Shown here piece after piece: positions 39,543-51,639 of a stretch of 64,000 nucleotides of DNA; the first letter of the stretch is position 1; each line of letters begins with the position of its first letter. This DNA is from Octopus sinensis (taxonomy: Eukaryota). A program made the translations under genes and the position numbers. The DNA lies in contig NC_043007.1 in assembly GCF_006345805.1 (NCBI RefSeq), positions 61,938,001 through 62,002,000 of the forward strand. Direction: 5' to 3'. The notes under the pieces were generated by a model that worked only from the letters and a program-made list of their open reading frames with translations, did no database searches and was not told where the DNA came from.

Positions 39543-42454
39543 CTGGCTATCACTTTCCGTCTACCAAAATGTTTTGGTCTGCCCGAAGTTATAGCAGAAA
39601 ACACTTGCCATGGTGTCACGGAGTAGAACAGAACCTGGAAACATATGGCTGGGAAGCAAGCTTCTTGTCACACGGCCACACCTGAGAAGCCCAGGTGTGA
39701 CTCAGTGTGCTAATGAAGCTTGTTTCCTAACCATGTGCTCTTGAGTTCAGTCCTAAAATGTGACATCTTGGGCAAGAACCTTAAGAATATTATTTCTCTT
39801 GCTCTCATTTTTCCATGTAATCCATGTTTTTTTCCAGGCTATGCTATTATGCTAATTAATAATATGTCAAATGTGTTAATTAGCGGTGTCGTTGATATGT
39901 TTTTCCTTACCTCAATGATACCGGTGACATATATCAAAAGTGCCCTAGAACTATATTCATAATAAAGTATAAATATAAATATATTTTGCTTCTAAAATAA
40001 AGTTATTTAGATCTAAACTTGATTGGTGGCGTTTCTTACTCACCTATAACGTCGCTACAAATTTTGATGTAAACTTTTTTTCTGCTAAACCAAATCTCAA
40101 TTATTTTATGCCAAAACGTAGCTAGGGGCCAGTCCTCTTCAAAAATGTTAACGGTTTTCCATTTGGTTAAGAATTGAATTAGCGACAAGCTCTGAAATAT
40201 GTTGTGTGTGAGTAAATTGCGGCCTTAAGAATATCATTCAACTACAGTAGTAGTTACACATTCATCACCTCTTCAAACTTGGGAGTTGTTATCTAATAAT
40301 TTTAATGAATTAAATTTTTTAGATAGAAATAAAACTTCTGTAATGTATTATTAATTACAGCAATTATTAATCATTTTTAACACTAGAATGAAGCTAAATC
40401 CATTTCTTCGTTGGAATTCGCATCCATCAGGATTTGAACGTAGAATTTAGAGAAACGAAACTAAATACTCGAAGGCATTAGACTTCTTGTTCTACAATTC
40501 ACTGTTTCTGGTAACCAAACACTTCTCAGAATATTAATAAAATAAGACGTCACATGAGAATTACAATCGCGTGATTCGGCATGCTAACAGGTTTTGTGGA
40601 AGAGCAAGGTTACCTCGTCCTGCTAACTTTTACAGGGCGTATCGGTAAGAAATTAGAATGCATAAATCTCTTTCGTTGATATGCCTATGCGTAAAGCTAT
40701 AAATAGCACGCGTACAAATGTTGACATCATTAATAATTATCAAGTCACTACAATAGCAGTAAAGAAGAAAACTGATGGAGATGCTTAGGAGGCGAACCGG
40801 CTTCGAATCCCCAAGGAAATCGTTTTATTTCAACTGCACACAGATAACAAATTATCTCCACAGCTTGCATTTGCTGTTTATTGTTGTCTAGTCAAAATAT
40901 ATGAAAACGGATCTAAGCAATACGTGTGTTGATTGCTTCGCACTTACTTTTAAAGAAACACGTTATTTTAATTGCCTGCGAGATTATTCGATTTTATTCC
41001 TGTTAAAAACCCGAGTATTTGATTAGAGAAATGGATGTTGTTAACAAAATATATTAGCAACAAAAGTGAAGTGAAAAAGTTTCAAACAAGAATTGAAAAC
41101 GTATGACTGACTTAGAATACTGAAAGATTACTTCTTGCTCTACAAAAATATCCAATCATTTCCAACAGTTATCTAATTGTTGATACTGCCCTTTGGTGAC
41201 AGCTTAGCTACTTAAGGAGAAAGCTTATGGCATCTCAGCTACCACAGAAGCAAAATTACCGAATCTATAAGATAGTGGAATATCTGGTGAAAGCTTGTGG
41301 GCTGAAACTCACTGTCTGAGTAGAACACATAATTCTAAAGATCCTCTGCTCACCGAAGGAATTCATTCTGCTTCTCCAGTGTGTTTTAAATACTAAACAT
41401 ATACACATTATTATTTTTCGGTCAGGAGAACGCCAATGCCCATGACCCTTTACCAGGCCCCCAAAACTTGCGGGAAGGAAGGTGGAATAACAAAATGGAT
41501 CCAATAAAGGCACCAAGGTACCAGGTGTGGGGAGGGCAGTTTAAGCCGGAGCCGTATTAAGCCTGCCACCCAAGAAAAGCATAGGAGTATTTCAAGTTAG
41601 AATGCAAAAGAGCCGGAACAAACACAACAAGGCATATGCCGTCCAGGATTGGGTGTTTTTCAATTTTTTTATACGGACCCCGAAAGGATAAAAGACCAAG
41701 TTGACCACAGTGTACGATAAGAGTATAGAAACAGAAAAAATACTGCGAAGCATTTTACTCAATGCTCTAACGACTCTGCCAATTTGCTTGTGCAATATGT
41801 TTGTGTGTGTGTGTGCATATGCATGTGTATGCGTACGTATGTATATATATATATATATATATATATAAATATACATATAAGCATATATTTATATGTGTGT
41901 ATATGTATATGTGATTGAGTGTTTGTGTATGTGTGAGTGTTTATGCGCACGCAAGTTATGAGTGGATAAAGATAGAAAGGTAGAATGGTGATACACTAAG
42001 AAGACACTAAAACAAATATATACACGTACCCAACTCTCACGTCTTTTCCCAAAATCTTTGTTAAGCTGATTAAAGGAAATTATATACACTGAGTTGTTTG
42101 ACACATCACTATCAAATGGCATCTATTTAAGACTGTGCTTCTTTGAAACTAAGTATTCTTAGGTGTTAATAGATTAGTGTGTTAAAGGGCTGACGAACGT
42201 ACCAAGATGTGTGAATGAAAAGAAACACCTTAGTCGGTTGCAGTATGTAATTCTAGTGCGTTTACTGTCAACGTTTGGAACAAATGGAACAGGTTTACAA
42301 AAATGCAATTCTAAATTAAGCATATACATATAAATAAAATGATGCGTTTCTCTGTGTGTGCGTGTATGTATGTATGTATGTATGTATGTATGTATGTATG
42401 TATGTATGTATGTATGTATGTATGTATGTATGCATGTATATATGTATACGCGTA

Positions 42455-42495
<41 letters not shown>

Positions 42496-42497
42496 TA

Positions 42498-42783
42498 TAT
42501 ATAAATTAGAGAAAAACCACTATTATGCAATTCAAACAATGATAGACATGAACCAAATCATAAATAAATATAAAATATATTTTAAAACATATAACTAGAT
42601 CACTAAAAGTACAAAAATGAAAAAACAATTAACGAATACTTATTATATATTGTTTATTCATTTTTTGTACTTTCAGTGATCTAGTTATATGTTTTAAAAT
42701 ATATTTTATTTTTTATTTATGATTTGGTTTATGTTTATCATTGCTTGAATTGCATAATAGTGGTTTTTCTCTAATTTATATAT
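42498..42783. repeat. AT-rich fold-back, ~132-bp arms with ~19-nt loop
   Basis: ataaattagagaaaaaccactattatgcaattc... mirrored by ...gaattgcataatagtggtttttctctaatttat, with roughly 10% mismatches. Confidence 0.88.
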
Positions 42784-42861
42784 TTTATATATTTATATTG
42801 TGAAATTTGATTTAATTCTAAATTGAATTTTTCATTGTAAGTTTGGAGATATACTCCCTAA

Positions 42862-42914
<53 letters not shown>

Positions 42915-42972
42915 TATTATTATTATATAGCAGATGAAAGACAGAAATGGAACATACGAAAATTTATTATTA

Positions 42973-43078
42973 ATCACGACAATTGTTTCGACACATCTAG
43001 CATCGATTTCTCTTGGGTGGAACACTCAACAACTAGATCAGAAGCATCCGGTGGTGCAGATGTATCTCGTCGGGTGAT
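42973..43078 (-). ncRNA. Type I hammerhead ribozyme with long stem II and a U4C core substitution
   Basis: atcac-CCGACGA-gatacatct...agatgtgtc-GAAA-caattg-TC-gtgat; 5-bp stem I and 9-bp basal stem II. Confidence 0.7.
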
Positions 43079-43439
43079 AAATAAATACAACTGTTCCGCA
43101 ATGTAACTTTCCGTTTTGTAGAATAAAATGCAGTCAGACGGAGGAAATATCTTCATTTATATAGAAGATCAAAAATAAAATCACAGATGGCAAAAAGAGA
43201 AACGAATACGCAATCCAGTGAGAAATGTATTAAAAATAACCGTTAAGAGATATGGATGTATAAACGCTCTTGGGCAAGCTGCATTCACAAAAATGTGAGC
43301 ATAAGCACACGTGAGGTTTGGTGCACTCATGATCACCGAGCCAGTGATCATCTTGGTATGTATAAGAATGGAGAGGTTAAAAGCAAACTTAAGTCATCCA
43401 TACCTTAAAGTAAATTAAGTTAAGTTAACGATTACTCAA

Positions 43440-44062
43440 AATTCATTCTCACTGCATTGTGCGAAAGTACATTTATATGCACGTAAGCATCTCGAGAGTC
43501 GTTCAGAAAATTCTATTAATTATCTTCTCGTTAGTCCACAGAATAGACTGGGATTCCTCGGAGCAACATCTCCTGGAAATTATATTCCCCAACATCTCCT
43601 GGAAATTTTATTGTATGGTTTCGCATATGGTTACTATAACGATTCTTAAATGAATCAGCCGTCTGCTCAATGTAAACATAGGGCCCTCCCTTTGTGTACA
43701 CGGTACATTTATATACAAGATTTGTACTCATACAGAGATTAATAAAAGGACATTTTGATTTTTCTCTGCATGAGCATTTATCGTATTTATTTGTATACAA
43801 GGCAGTCCCGACTCCATTTACCGGCGTTGTTACTGTGCTAGCTGTATCGTAAGTATTTCTACTACAACAAATTGGTCGTAGTTGGTGTTTATCAATGCGG
43901 TTTAGATCTCCTTGGTTGGTATTTATATATACATATAAAATTAGATAAGGTCGGTTTAAGGGATTACTCTGGGTTTCACGTCCATAAAGAGTTTAGCTTT
44001 ACGGTGTATCATCAGATCTCAAAACCTGTTGGCTTAGGCCTCTCTAGAATTTTATTACCATA
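43440..44062 (-). mobile_element. Inverted PLE segment: pLTR/HHR followed by a GIY-YIG endonuclease remnant
   Basis: ORF 43531-43800(-): CSCREKSKCPFINLCMSTNLVYKCTV...YVYIEQTADSFKNRYSNH, a PLE-type GIY-YIG motif. Confidence 0.8.
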
Positions 44063-46172
44063 TAAGATCATAAACCGAACTTTGCTTCAAACCCTAAATG
44101 CCGCCTGCTTAATTCGGCCAAATCCGACATCGGTCTAGCTAGCAAGCATATATTGAGAAACATCAATAACGACATAAGGAGAGACGCCAACCTTTCATTA
44201 TGGCGTGGCACAAGTGAGGTGACTGCTTGTTTAATACCAACAAGGGGAGAAGCAGAGTAAGTTTCACCCGTCTATATCAAAAGGATTATTGGTCAAGGCG
44301 CTTTCCTTTGTTAGGGGTTTCACTGACGTTAGCGACAGGGATATAGATGTCATTATGCACGCCAGAAAAACAGTGCTGTTCAATAAAGGTTCGACCTGGG
44401 TAAAGCAATCCAACTCCACGGGTTCCTTTGATGTAGCGATGGGGGCCTACGATAGCGCTGATGTATGTGACCTCATCGGGTTGTGTATCCTTGATACCCT
44501 AAAACAAAAAAATCCATTTTGTCCTCTTTGGTCACTACAGAGATGACGCCCTGGCCATCCCTAGAAGAAAAAACGAGCACACCCTAGACAGGTTTAGAAA
44601 AGATCTAATTAGCACACTTGGCAACATGGGACTGAAATTAACAATCGAGATCAATCTTTCCACCGCGAACTTATTAGATATCACGCTTGACTTGGGTTCC
44701 AGTACATACAGGCCCTACCGCAAGCCAAATGAGAGGCTAACGTACACTAACACAGCCTCCTGTCACCAACCCATCGTGTTCAAAAACCTGGTGAAGGGTG
44801 TCACCAAGAGGATCACGAACTTTTCCTCCATTCAAGAGATTTTTAGTGCAGTAGCCCCCTACTATAACGAAGCTCTAGCTGCTAGCGGATTTAGGGACCA
44901 CATCTCCTACATGTCATGCCCCAATAGGGCCCTCCCTTTGTGTACACGGTACATTTATATACAAGATTTGTACTCATACAGAGATTAATAAAAGGACATT
45001 TTGATTTTTCTCTGCATGAGCATTTATCGTATTTATTTGTATACAAGGCAGTCCCGACTCCATTTACCGGCGTTGTTACTGTGCTAGCTGTATCGTAAGT
45101 ATTTCTACTACAACAAATTGGTCGTAGTTGGTGTTTATCAATGCGGTTTAGATCTCCTTGGTTGGTATTTATATATACATATAAAATTAGATAAGGTCGG
45201 TTTAAGGGATTACTCTGGGTTTCACGTCCATAAAGAGTTTAGCTTTACGGTGTATCATCAGATCTCAAAACCTGTTGGCTTAAGGCCTCTCTAGAATTTT
45301 ATTACCATATAAGATCATAAACCGAACTTTGCTTCAAACCCTAAATGCCGCCTGCTTAATTCGGCCAAATCCGACATCGGTCTAGCTAGCAAGCATATAT
45401 TGAGAAACATCAATAACGACATAAGGAGAGACGCCAACCTTTCATTATGGCGTGGCACAAGTGAGGTGACTGCTTGGTTTAATACCAACAAGGGGAGAAG
45501 CAGAGTAAGTTTCACCCGTCTATATCAAAAGGATTATTGGTCAAGGCGCTTTCCTTTGTTAGGGGTTTCACTGACGTTAGCGACAGGGATATAGATGTCA
45601 TTATGCACGCCAGAAAAACAGTGCTGTTCAATAAAGGTTCGACCTGGGTAAAGCAATCCAACTCCACGGGTTCCTTTGATGTAGCGATGGGGGCCTACGA
45701 TAGCGCTGATGTATGTGACCTCATCGGGTTGTGTATCCTTGATACCCTAAAACAAAAAAATCCATTTTGTCCTCTTTGGTCACTACAGAGATGACGCCCT
45801 GGCCATCCCTAGAAGAAAAAACGAGCACACCCTAGACAGGTTTAGAAAAGATCTAATTAGCACACTTGGCAACATGGGACTGAAATTAACAATCGAGATC
45901 AATCTTTCCACCGCGAACTTATTAGATATCACGCTTGACTTGGGTCCAGTACATACAGCCCTACCGCAAGCCAAATGAGAGGCTAACGTACACTAACACA
46001 GCCTCCTGTCACCAACCCATCGTGTTCAAAAACCTGGTGAAGGGTGTCACCAAGAGGATCACGAACTTTTCCTCCATTCAAGAGATTTTTAGTGCAGTAG
46101 CCCCCTACTATAACGAAGCTCTAGCTGCTAGCGGATTTAGGGACCACATCTCCTACATGTCATGCCCCAATA
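43678..46172 (+). repeat. Direct tandem duplication of 1246 bp (43678-44926 / 44924-46172)
   Basis: gggccctccctttg begins at 43681 and 44927; ccccaata ends at 44926 and 46172. The identical 85-aa ORF appears twice (44289, 45537). Confidence 0.93.
43960..44020 (-). ncRNA. Hammerhead ribozyme in an inverted pLTR (duplicate copy at 45206-45266)
   Basis: Minus strand gagat-CTGATGA-tacaccgtaaag-ctaaact-ctttatggacgt-GAAA-cccagaG-TA-atccc; diverged homolog of 47348-47408. Confidence 0.65.
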
Positions 46173-47440
46173 TCCGTAGAAGGAAGCGTCGCAGAAATAT
46201 CATTTGGTTTGAACCACACACATACACACACACACACCTTCTCTCAACGTAAAAACGTTTGTAGGTAGGATATTCCTGAAGTTAATAGATAAACATTTCA
46301 CACGTTCACATAAGTACGGACGCATTTTCAACAAGCACAACCTAAGGATCTCTTTTAGCAGTTCCCCCAATATTGAGAGCATTCTAGTTAGCTCCCCAAG
46401 ACCACAAGTGGAGGCAGGATACTCATACAGAAACCACAACAGAGAGAGGCCACTAAGAAACCAAGGGAGTCGTCTATGTAGCTGAGGTACTGGCTGACCC
46501 TAAAAGCAGCAACGTCAACAGCTCTCCAACGATTACTGCAGTAGTAGGGATGACAGTACCAATAGAAGCAGCAGATACACGAACAGAACCAGCGACAGCA
46601 CCATCACCATCGCCAGCGATACCAACAATAACAGCAACAACAGCAATGGCAGTATCTCTAACGGAAATAGCAGCAGAGCCATCTTCAATGTTATCTATAA
46701 CAGCAGTGACAGCACCTCCATCAATGACAATGGCCATAATAACAACATTAACAACAACAACAACAACAACAGCACCATTACCAACACCGGCAGTGACAGA
46801 ACCAACAGCGCCAGTACCAAAAACATCAGTACCAACAAGAGCGGTAGCAGCAACGCCAACACCAACAGGCACAGCACTGCCAACACCCGACCACAGAGAT
46901 ACATCGGTTGCTCCGGGAACACGTTCAAACAACGACTCTCCGACCACAGATCCTCCTTCAGGATACCGAAAAGGAGATACGTTACGTCATTAGCCAGTCA
47001 TATATGGCGGTTTATAGACGACAGGATTCTATACAGAATATCGTGGAGAATCCTAGGAAATCTAGACCCCTACATAAACGGGACCAAGTGCTGTAAACAA
47101 TGCATAGCGGAACAGGCGAGGAATTTAAAGGACTCTCTCGACCCGGGGAACATCCTTAACTCGAGAACGGAGGTCTTCGGACCGTGCTTACATTTCAGAA
47201 TATTCCTGCACGCCTATTGGAACCCACAGGTTATCAGGGTCACTGGTGATCGATAGCTAAAGAGAGAGACAATCCCTTGTTGTTGACATTGAGTAACGAA
47301 GTCTTTCCTCCTTCATATTCTAGAGCCCTTAATAGCCAACAGGTTTTGGGATCTGATGATACGCCGTAAAACCAAACGCTTTATGGACGTGAAACCCGGG
47401 GTAATCCCATAAACCGGCCTTATCTAACTTCATGTATATC
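44063..47440 (+). mobile_element. Penelope-like retroelement: 5'-truncated and frameshifted, RT partly duplicated, core of the GIY-YIG domain deleted, 3' pLTR with HHR
   Basis: KDHKPNFASNPKCRLLNSAKSDIG...; FDVAMGAYDSADVCDLIG; GHYRDD; LDITLDL...YRPYRKPNERLTY...; RRRNIIWFEP; C-terminal tail RISWRILGNLDPYINGTKCCKQC...LNSRTEVFGPCLH (~47030-47200). Confidence 0.85.
47348..47408 (+). ncRNA. Type I hammerhead ribozyme in the 3' pLTR of a Penelope-like element
   Basis: gggat-CTGATGA-t-acg-ccgtaaa...tttatgg-a-cgt-GAAA-cccgggG-TA-atccc. Perfect 5-bp stem I; GUA triplet at 47401-47403; one extra U after the core. Confidence 0.75.
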
Positions 47441-47641
47441 ATATACTGCTCCATAACTTTTATATATATATATATATATGAACATCTGATGAGATGGACA
47501 AGTCCTACGCCCTGTCATTAAGTGCAAGCAACTCTAACCAAATGTGTTGAGTGCTACGTTTTTCGTTTGTTTAATCACTCGTACACACACAAACACACAA
47601 ATACATGCATATATACATACCTATATATATAATGTGTGTAT

Positions 47642-47672
<31 letters not shown>

Positions 47673-48149
47673 GGGTGAGAGAGATGGAGAGAGGGAAAGA
47701 GATGAGGAGAGATAGACAAGATATAACTGTTTTGTTCATTAATTTTAGGTCCAGAGACAACTAATACCACATTACTCGAAAACCTTCCTTATCCTAGAAT
47801 ATCGTTTTCTGAGCACTCTGGAGGTGAGCAAGAATATGGGACTTTGTGTTTCTCCAAGAGGTTTTGCATTCTGACACAACTGCCTAAATCGTTGAATAGG
47901 GGATCCAATATTCCATAGGCATGTCTCAATCCTTATGACACACACCTTCACTCACTCACTCACTCACTCACTCACTCACTCTACCTCTCTTTCTCACCCT
48001 ATTTCTCTCACATGCGCACGTGCAAGCACGCACGTATGCATACAAACACACACACACGTCCATTTCATATAGACGTACATACATCTTTCACTTTCTTCCT
48101 CTGTTCTTTTCGCTTTCACTTCTTTCAATTTCTGCTCTCTTCAAATAAA

Positions 48150-49196
48150 ATGTTTACGGATACAACTGCTTACAAAGATATGGATTAACGTATAATTTCT
48201 TTCTATGTTCATAATTTTTTGTTTACAATATTGTGAAAAATATGTCACCAAAGAAAAGACGTAATCTCTCCAGAAACAAGTATAAAGCAAGGAGGATTGT
48301 AGAAAACTGAAGGCGAGAGACTGAAGAGAGACGCTAGAAGAGATCTTTTCAAGATCAGCAAATGCATGTTGCAGCACTTAATGCTGGATCCATTAAATCA
48401 ATATTTTAATGATTAGACAGAGGTCCAATAGAATAGCTCTCAGAAACAGACTAGGTACAAATTCATTCTTCACAACTCCTGAAGCTGTTTTCAGATATGA
48501 TCCATCCCATTCTTATAAAAATAATAACTCTGTCCAAATTGGTGTGCTAAACACAAATTGTCTTTTCCGTAGAGCTTTAAAATTTTCAAATGAAACAAAT
48601 GGTATGTGCTGCTCAGGCGGGCAGGTAACATTGCCAGCCCTACCGGCCCCTTCTCAACATCTTATGGATCTTCTAGAAGGCATTTCCATCCAGTTAAAGG
48701 ATTTTCTGAACAATACAACTCTGCAAATGACATCGTTTGGTGCATCTAAGAAGATAGATAAACATGAATTTACGACGACATCAAAATTCAAGGGCAAGTC
48801 TCTCACCTCATTGGTTCCCAGTTACCCGCATATGAACAACCACAGTTCCTCCAAATTTACTTTATGAGTGAGGTAGGACAACAAACCAGAAGGAGGTGTC
48901 AACATTTTCAGATGATGGGTCGTGACAGACACAGCGCCGACTCCTGCAAAAGAGAGTATATCCACTGACAGCTTCTCGGTGCGTTCAAAACTCACATAAC
49001 CCCCACAGGCTAGAACCTGAAATACTCTAAACGGACGCATAGCATGTTGCTTAGTCAAATTAGCCCATCATTTGCTCCACAAATGTTTTGTTGTCAATGC
49101 TGCACTTTACCATATCACCTGTTTCAACATAACTGTAATATATTATATACAAACTATGCCATTTTAACCCCGAGCAACGTCAGGTGTCTCTGCTAG
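48150..49196 (+). mobile_element. Internally deleted Helitron with a Rep/helicase N-terminal fragment (5' end approximate)
   Basis: ORF 48409-48867 contains MCCSGGQVTLPALPAP...LL...FLNN..LQMTSFGA; 3' end cccgagcaacgtcaggtgtctctgCTAG|T. Confidence 0.72.
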
Positions 49197-51639
49197 TATG
49201 TATATATATTGCAAATATACTACACATATAATTTTAAAATAAACACCCTGTAGAATGTAGTAGTCAATAAAACAGAAATAAGATCTAAAAATGAATTTTT
49301 TTCTATGTGGCTCGGTACCAAATGATCCACGGTCCAGTTGTTTGGGACCCCTAATCTAGAGGTAAGCAAGAACGTTACCGCGTCTCCATTTTACTTTTCT
49401 TTATGTCAAATTCCACGCCCATGGGAGAAACTATATATCTTTCTAATACTCATTCCCATACCGCTTTATTGCCACCACCACTGCCTCCGCCCCCACCAGG
49501 AAGCCTCTATGTAGTTTATCGAGCGGCTAGGAATAGTTAATAAATTTTGACCCAAATCTACGAGACAGACATCATTTTACAGTTGCCTTACCTGAGATAC
49601 AGGTGTTAATGCTTTCGACCGGCTTACCTTGAAGTAACAGGTATATTACCAACAACAATAAAAATAATCCAGCCAACCACCAGCCATTTCTCAGAGATAC
49701 GCATGAATGGCAAGCAACCCGTATCTGTGTGTCGAATGTATTTTAATTAGATGAATATAATGTACACACGTTTATCAGCTGGCAAGACCTAAGATATATA
49801 AAAAAGAAAACTGATGATGGAGTATTAACTATATACATCCAACATAGCTCATTGCCACTGATGCAAGATGATGCCATGTATATATTGTTTATACAGAAGC
49901 ATGAGATGCTTTTCTTTTGCAGTAATTTTTTTTCTTTTTATCAAGAACACGGGTTATATGCCCAACCATCTAGCCTACACCTTCAAACTCCTCGCAAACA
50001 TAAATACGCACGCGCACGCACTTCACACACAAACACACACCACACATACATACACACACACAAACACACAAACACACATACACACACACACACACACACT
50101 CACACACGCGTCTAACTCTAGCAACCATTCCTAACTAAAGAAACATCGTTGATAAGATTCTATCTGTAAAAAAGGTGACATTAACAAGTAAATTAAGAAT
50201 GAAAAAATTCAGTTATCTCCTTCAACGAGCTACAAAGTGGAAGAACTTAGCACAGCTGAAGTGGTTTGAAAAGAACAGGGAGTAGGTATTGGTGAGGAGG
50301 AAAATAAATGTAATGATGATTTTAGGATAATGAACGAAACAGATGTATATCTTTTAACAGTAATTTCCCCTACACTCTTAAAGCTGGGTGTGTATTTTAT
50401 GCCACTTCACACGTCATCCACCTTGCACATACACACGCAGACTTCATTGTATGCATGTGTACACAAGGTGTCCCATAAAGCAGCATTTAATTGTTTTTAT
50501 CCTTGAAAATCTAAGATGTGTATGGGATATATGGTATGTATATATTTGAAGGTATAAAAAAAAAAAGAAAAAGAGATTGCGCGCGTGTGTGTGTGTGCAT
50601 GCGCGTCGTGTTTGCTCATTACTTGCACGCTCGTATATTTGCCAAGATATGTATATACGTATATTGATATTATAGGAGTATATTCATACACAGTGGCAGA
50701 TGCCAAAATTGAGGAAGCTTCTAACAAAACTGTTTGTGGCATTTAATTTTGTTTCTTTACGTTCAGGGTTCAAATTCGACTTTTTCTTTCATCGTGAACC
50801 TACACTTCTCACCAAATACGTATGACTCGAGTTCAAGCTAAATCATCATCTATACATATGTATATATATCACTACCGCAGTACTTTAACGGAGGACTATG
50901 TAAAGTAGTGGCGATTTTTCAAAATATGCGTCTGTACATGGCGTTTACTCTTTCCATCAACAAAATACTTCTATGAGGTACTGTAGATCAGTTAAATTGA
51001 CTCCTATATAAATGTGAGGCTTTGTGCCAATGTTAAAGATAAGTATTATTTAGATGAATATTAAAAAAAAAACAGTCATTTATTGTGATTTTTGTTATTA
51101 TTGTTGTTTGGTCCCAGGTCAGGTTTGGTCGAGCTGGCCTTTTATAAAAGGCATTCCACTTGTGACGAGTGCTATTTCAGAACTTCGAGTTACAATACAA
51201 AAAATAGGCAGAAACTTACATGTCCGAACCTGAATTCTACAACTTGGGCAATGCCCAATTCGGATAAAGTACCTGTGCCAAAATTATGATGCGCTTCTTC
51301 CATTTAAAGACAGAAGTGGGATTTTTGAACATGATTTTGACATGAATTTTGAAGAACGGCGTTCAACCACGAGATGTCAGTATTTCATCGGAGCGTAAAA
51401 GAAATAGCGTTTATCTGTAACATGTGAAAAAGATCGAACGATATTTTAGAGCTGATATACAATGGGTGTGACTCTATATAGCCCCAAAAAGTGACGATTG
51501 TTTTTAAATAGTTCAAAGTGTGTTACTCCATAATGAAAATTTAAACAGTACAATTTCTATTGGCTACTCAGTACATCTCAAAGAGGTACATCTCATTGAA
51601 TTACTCCAATGTGATGAAACAGAGGTGGATCATTTGAGT

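Noticed and set aside
47486-47520. CTGATGA-gatggacaagtcc just after the PLE
   Set aside because: No downstream GAAA or stem I complement.
50225-50236. 12-nt match (acgagctacaaa) to the array HHR
   Set aside because: Isolated; no core or stems around it, so consistent with chance.
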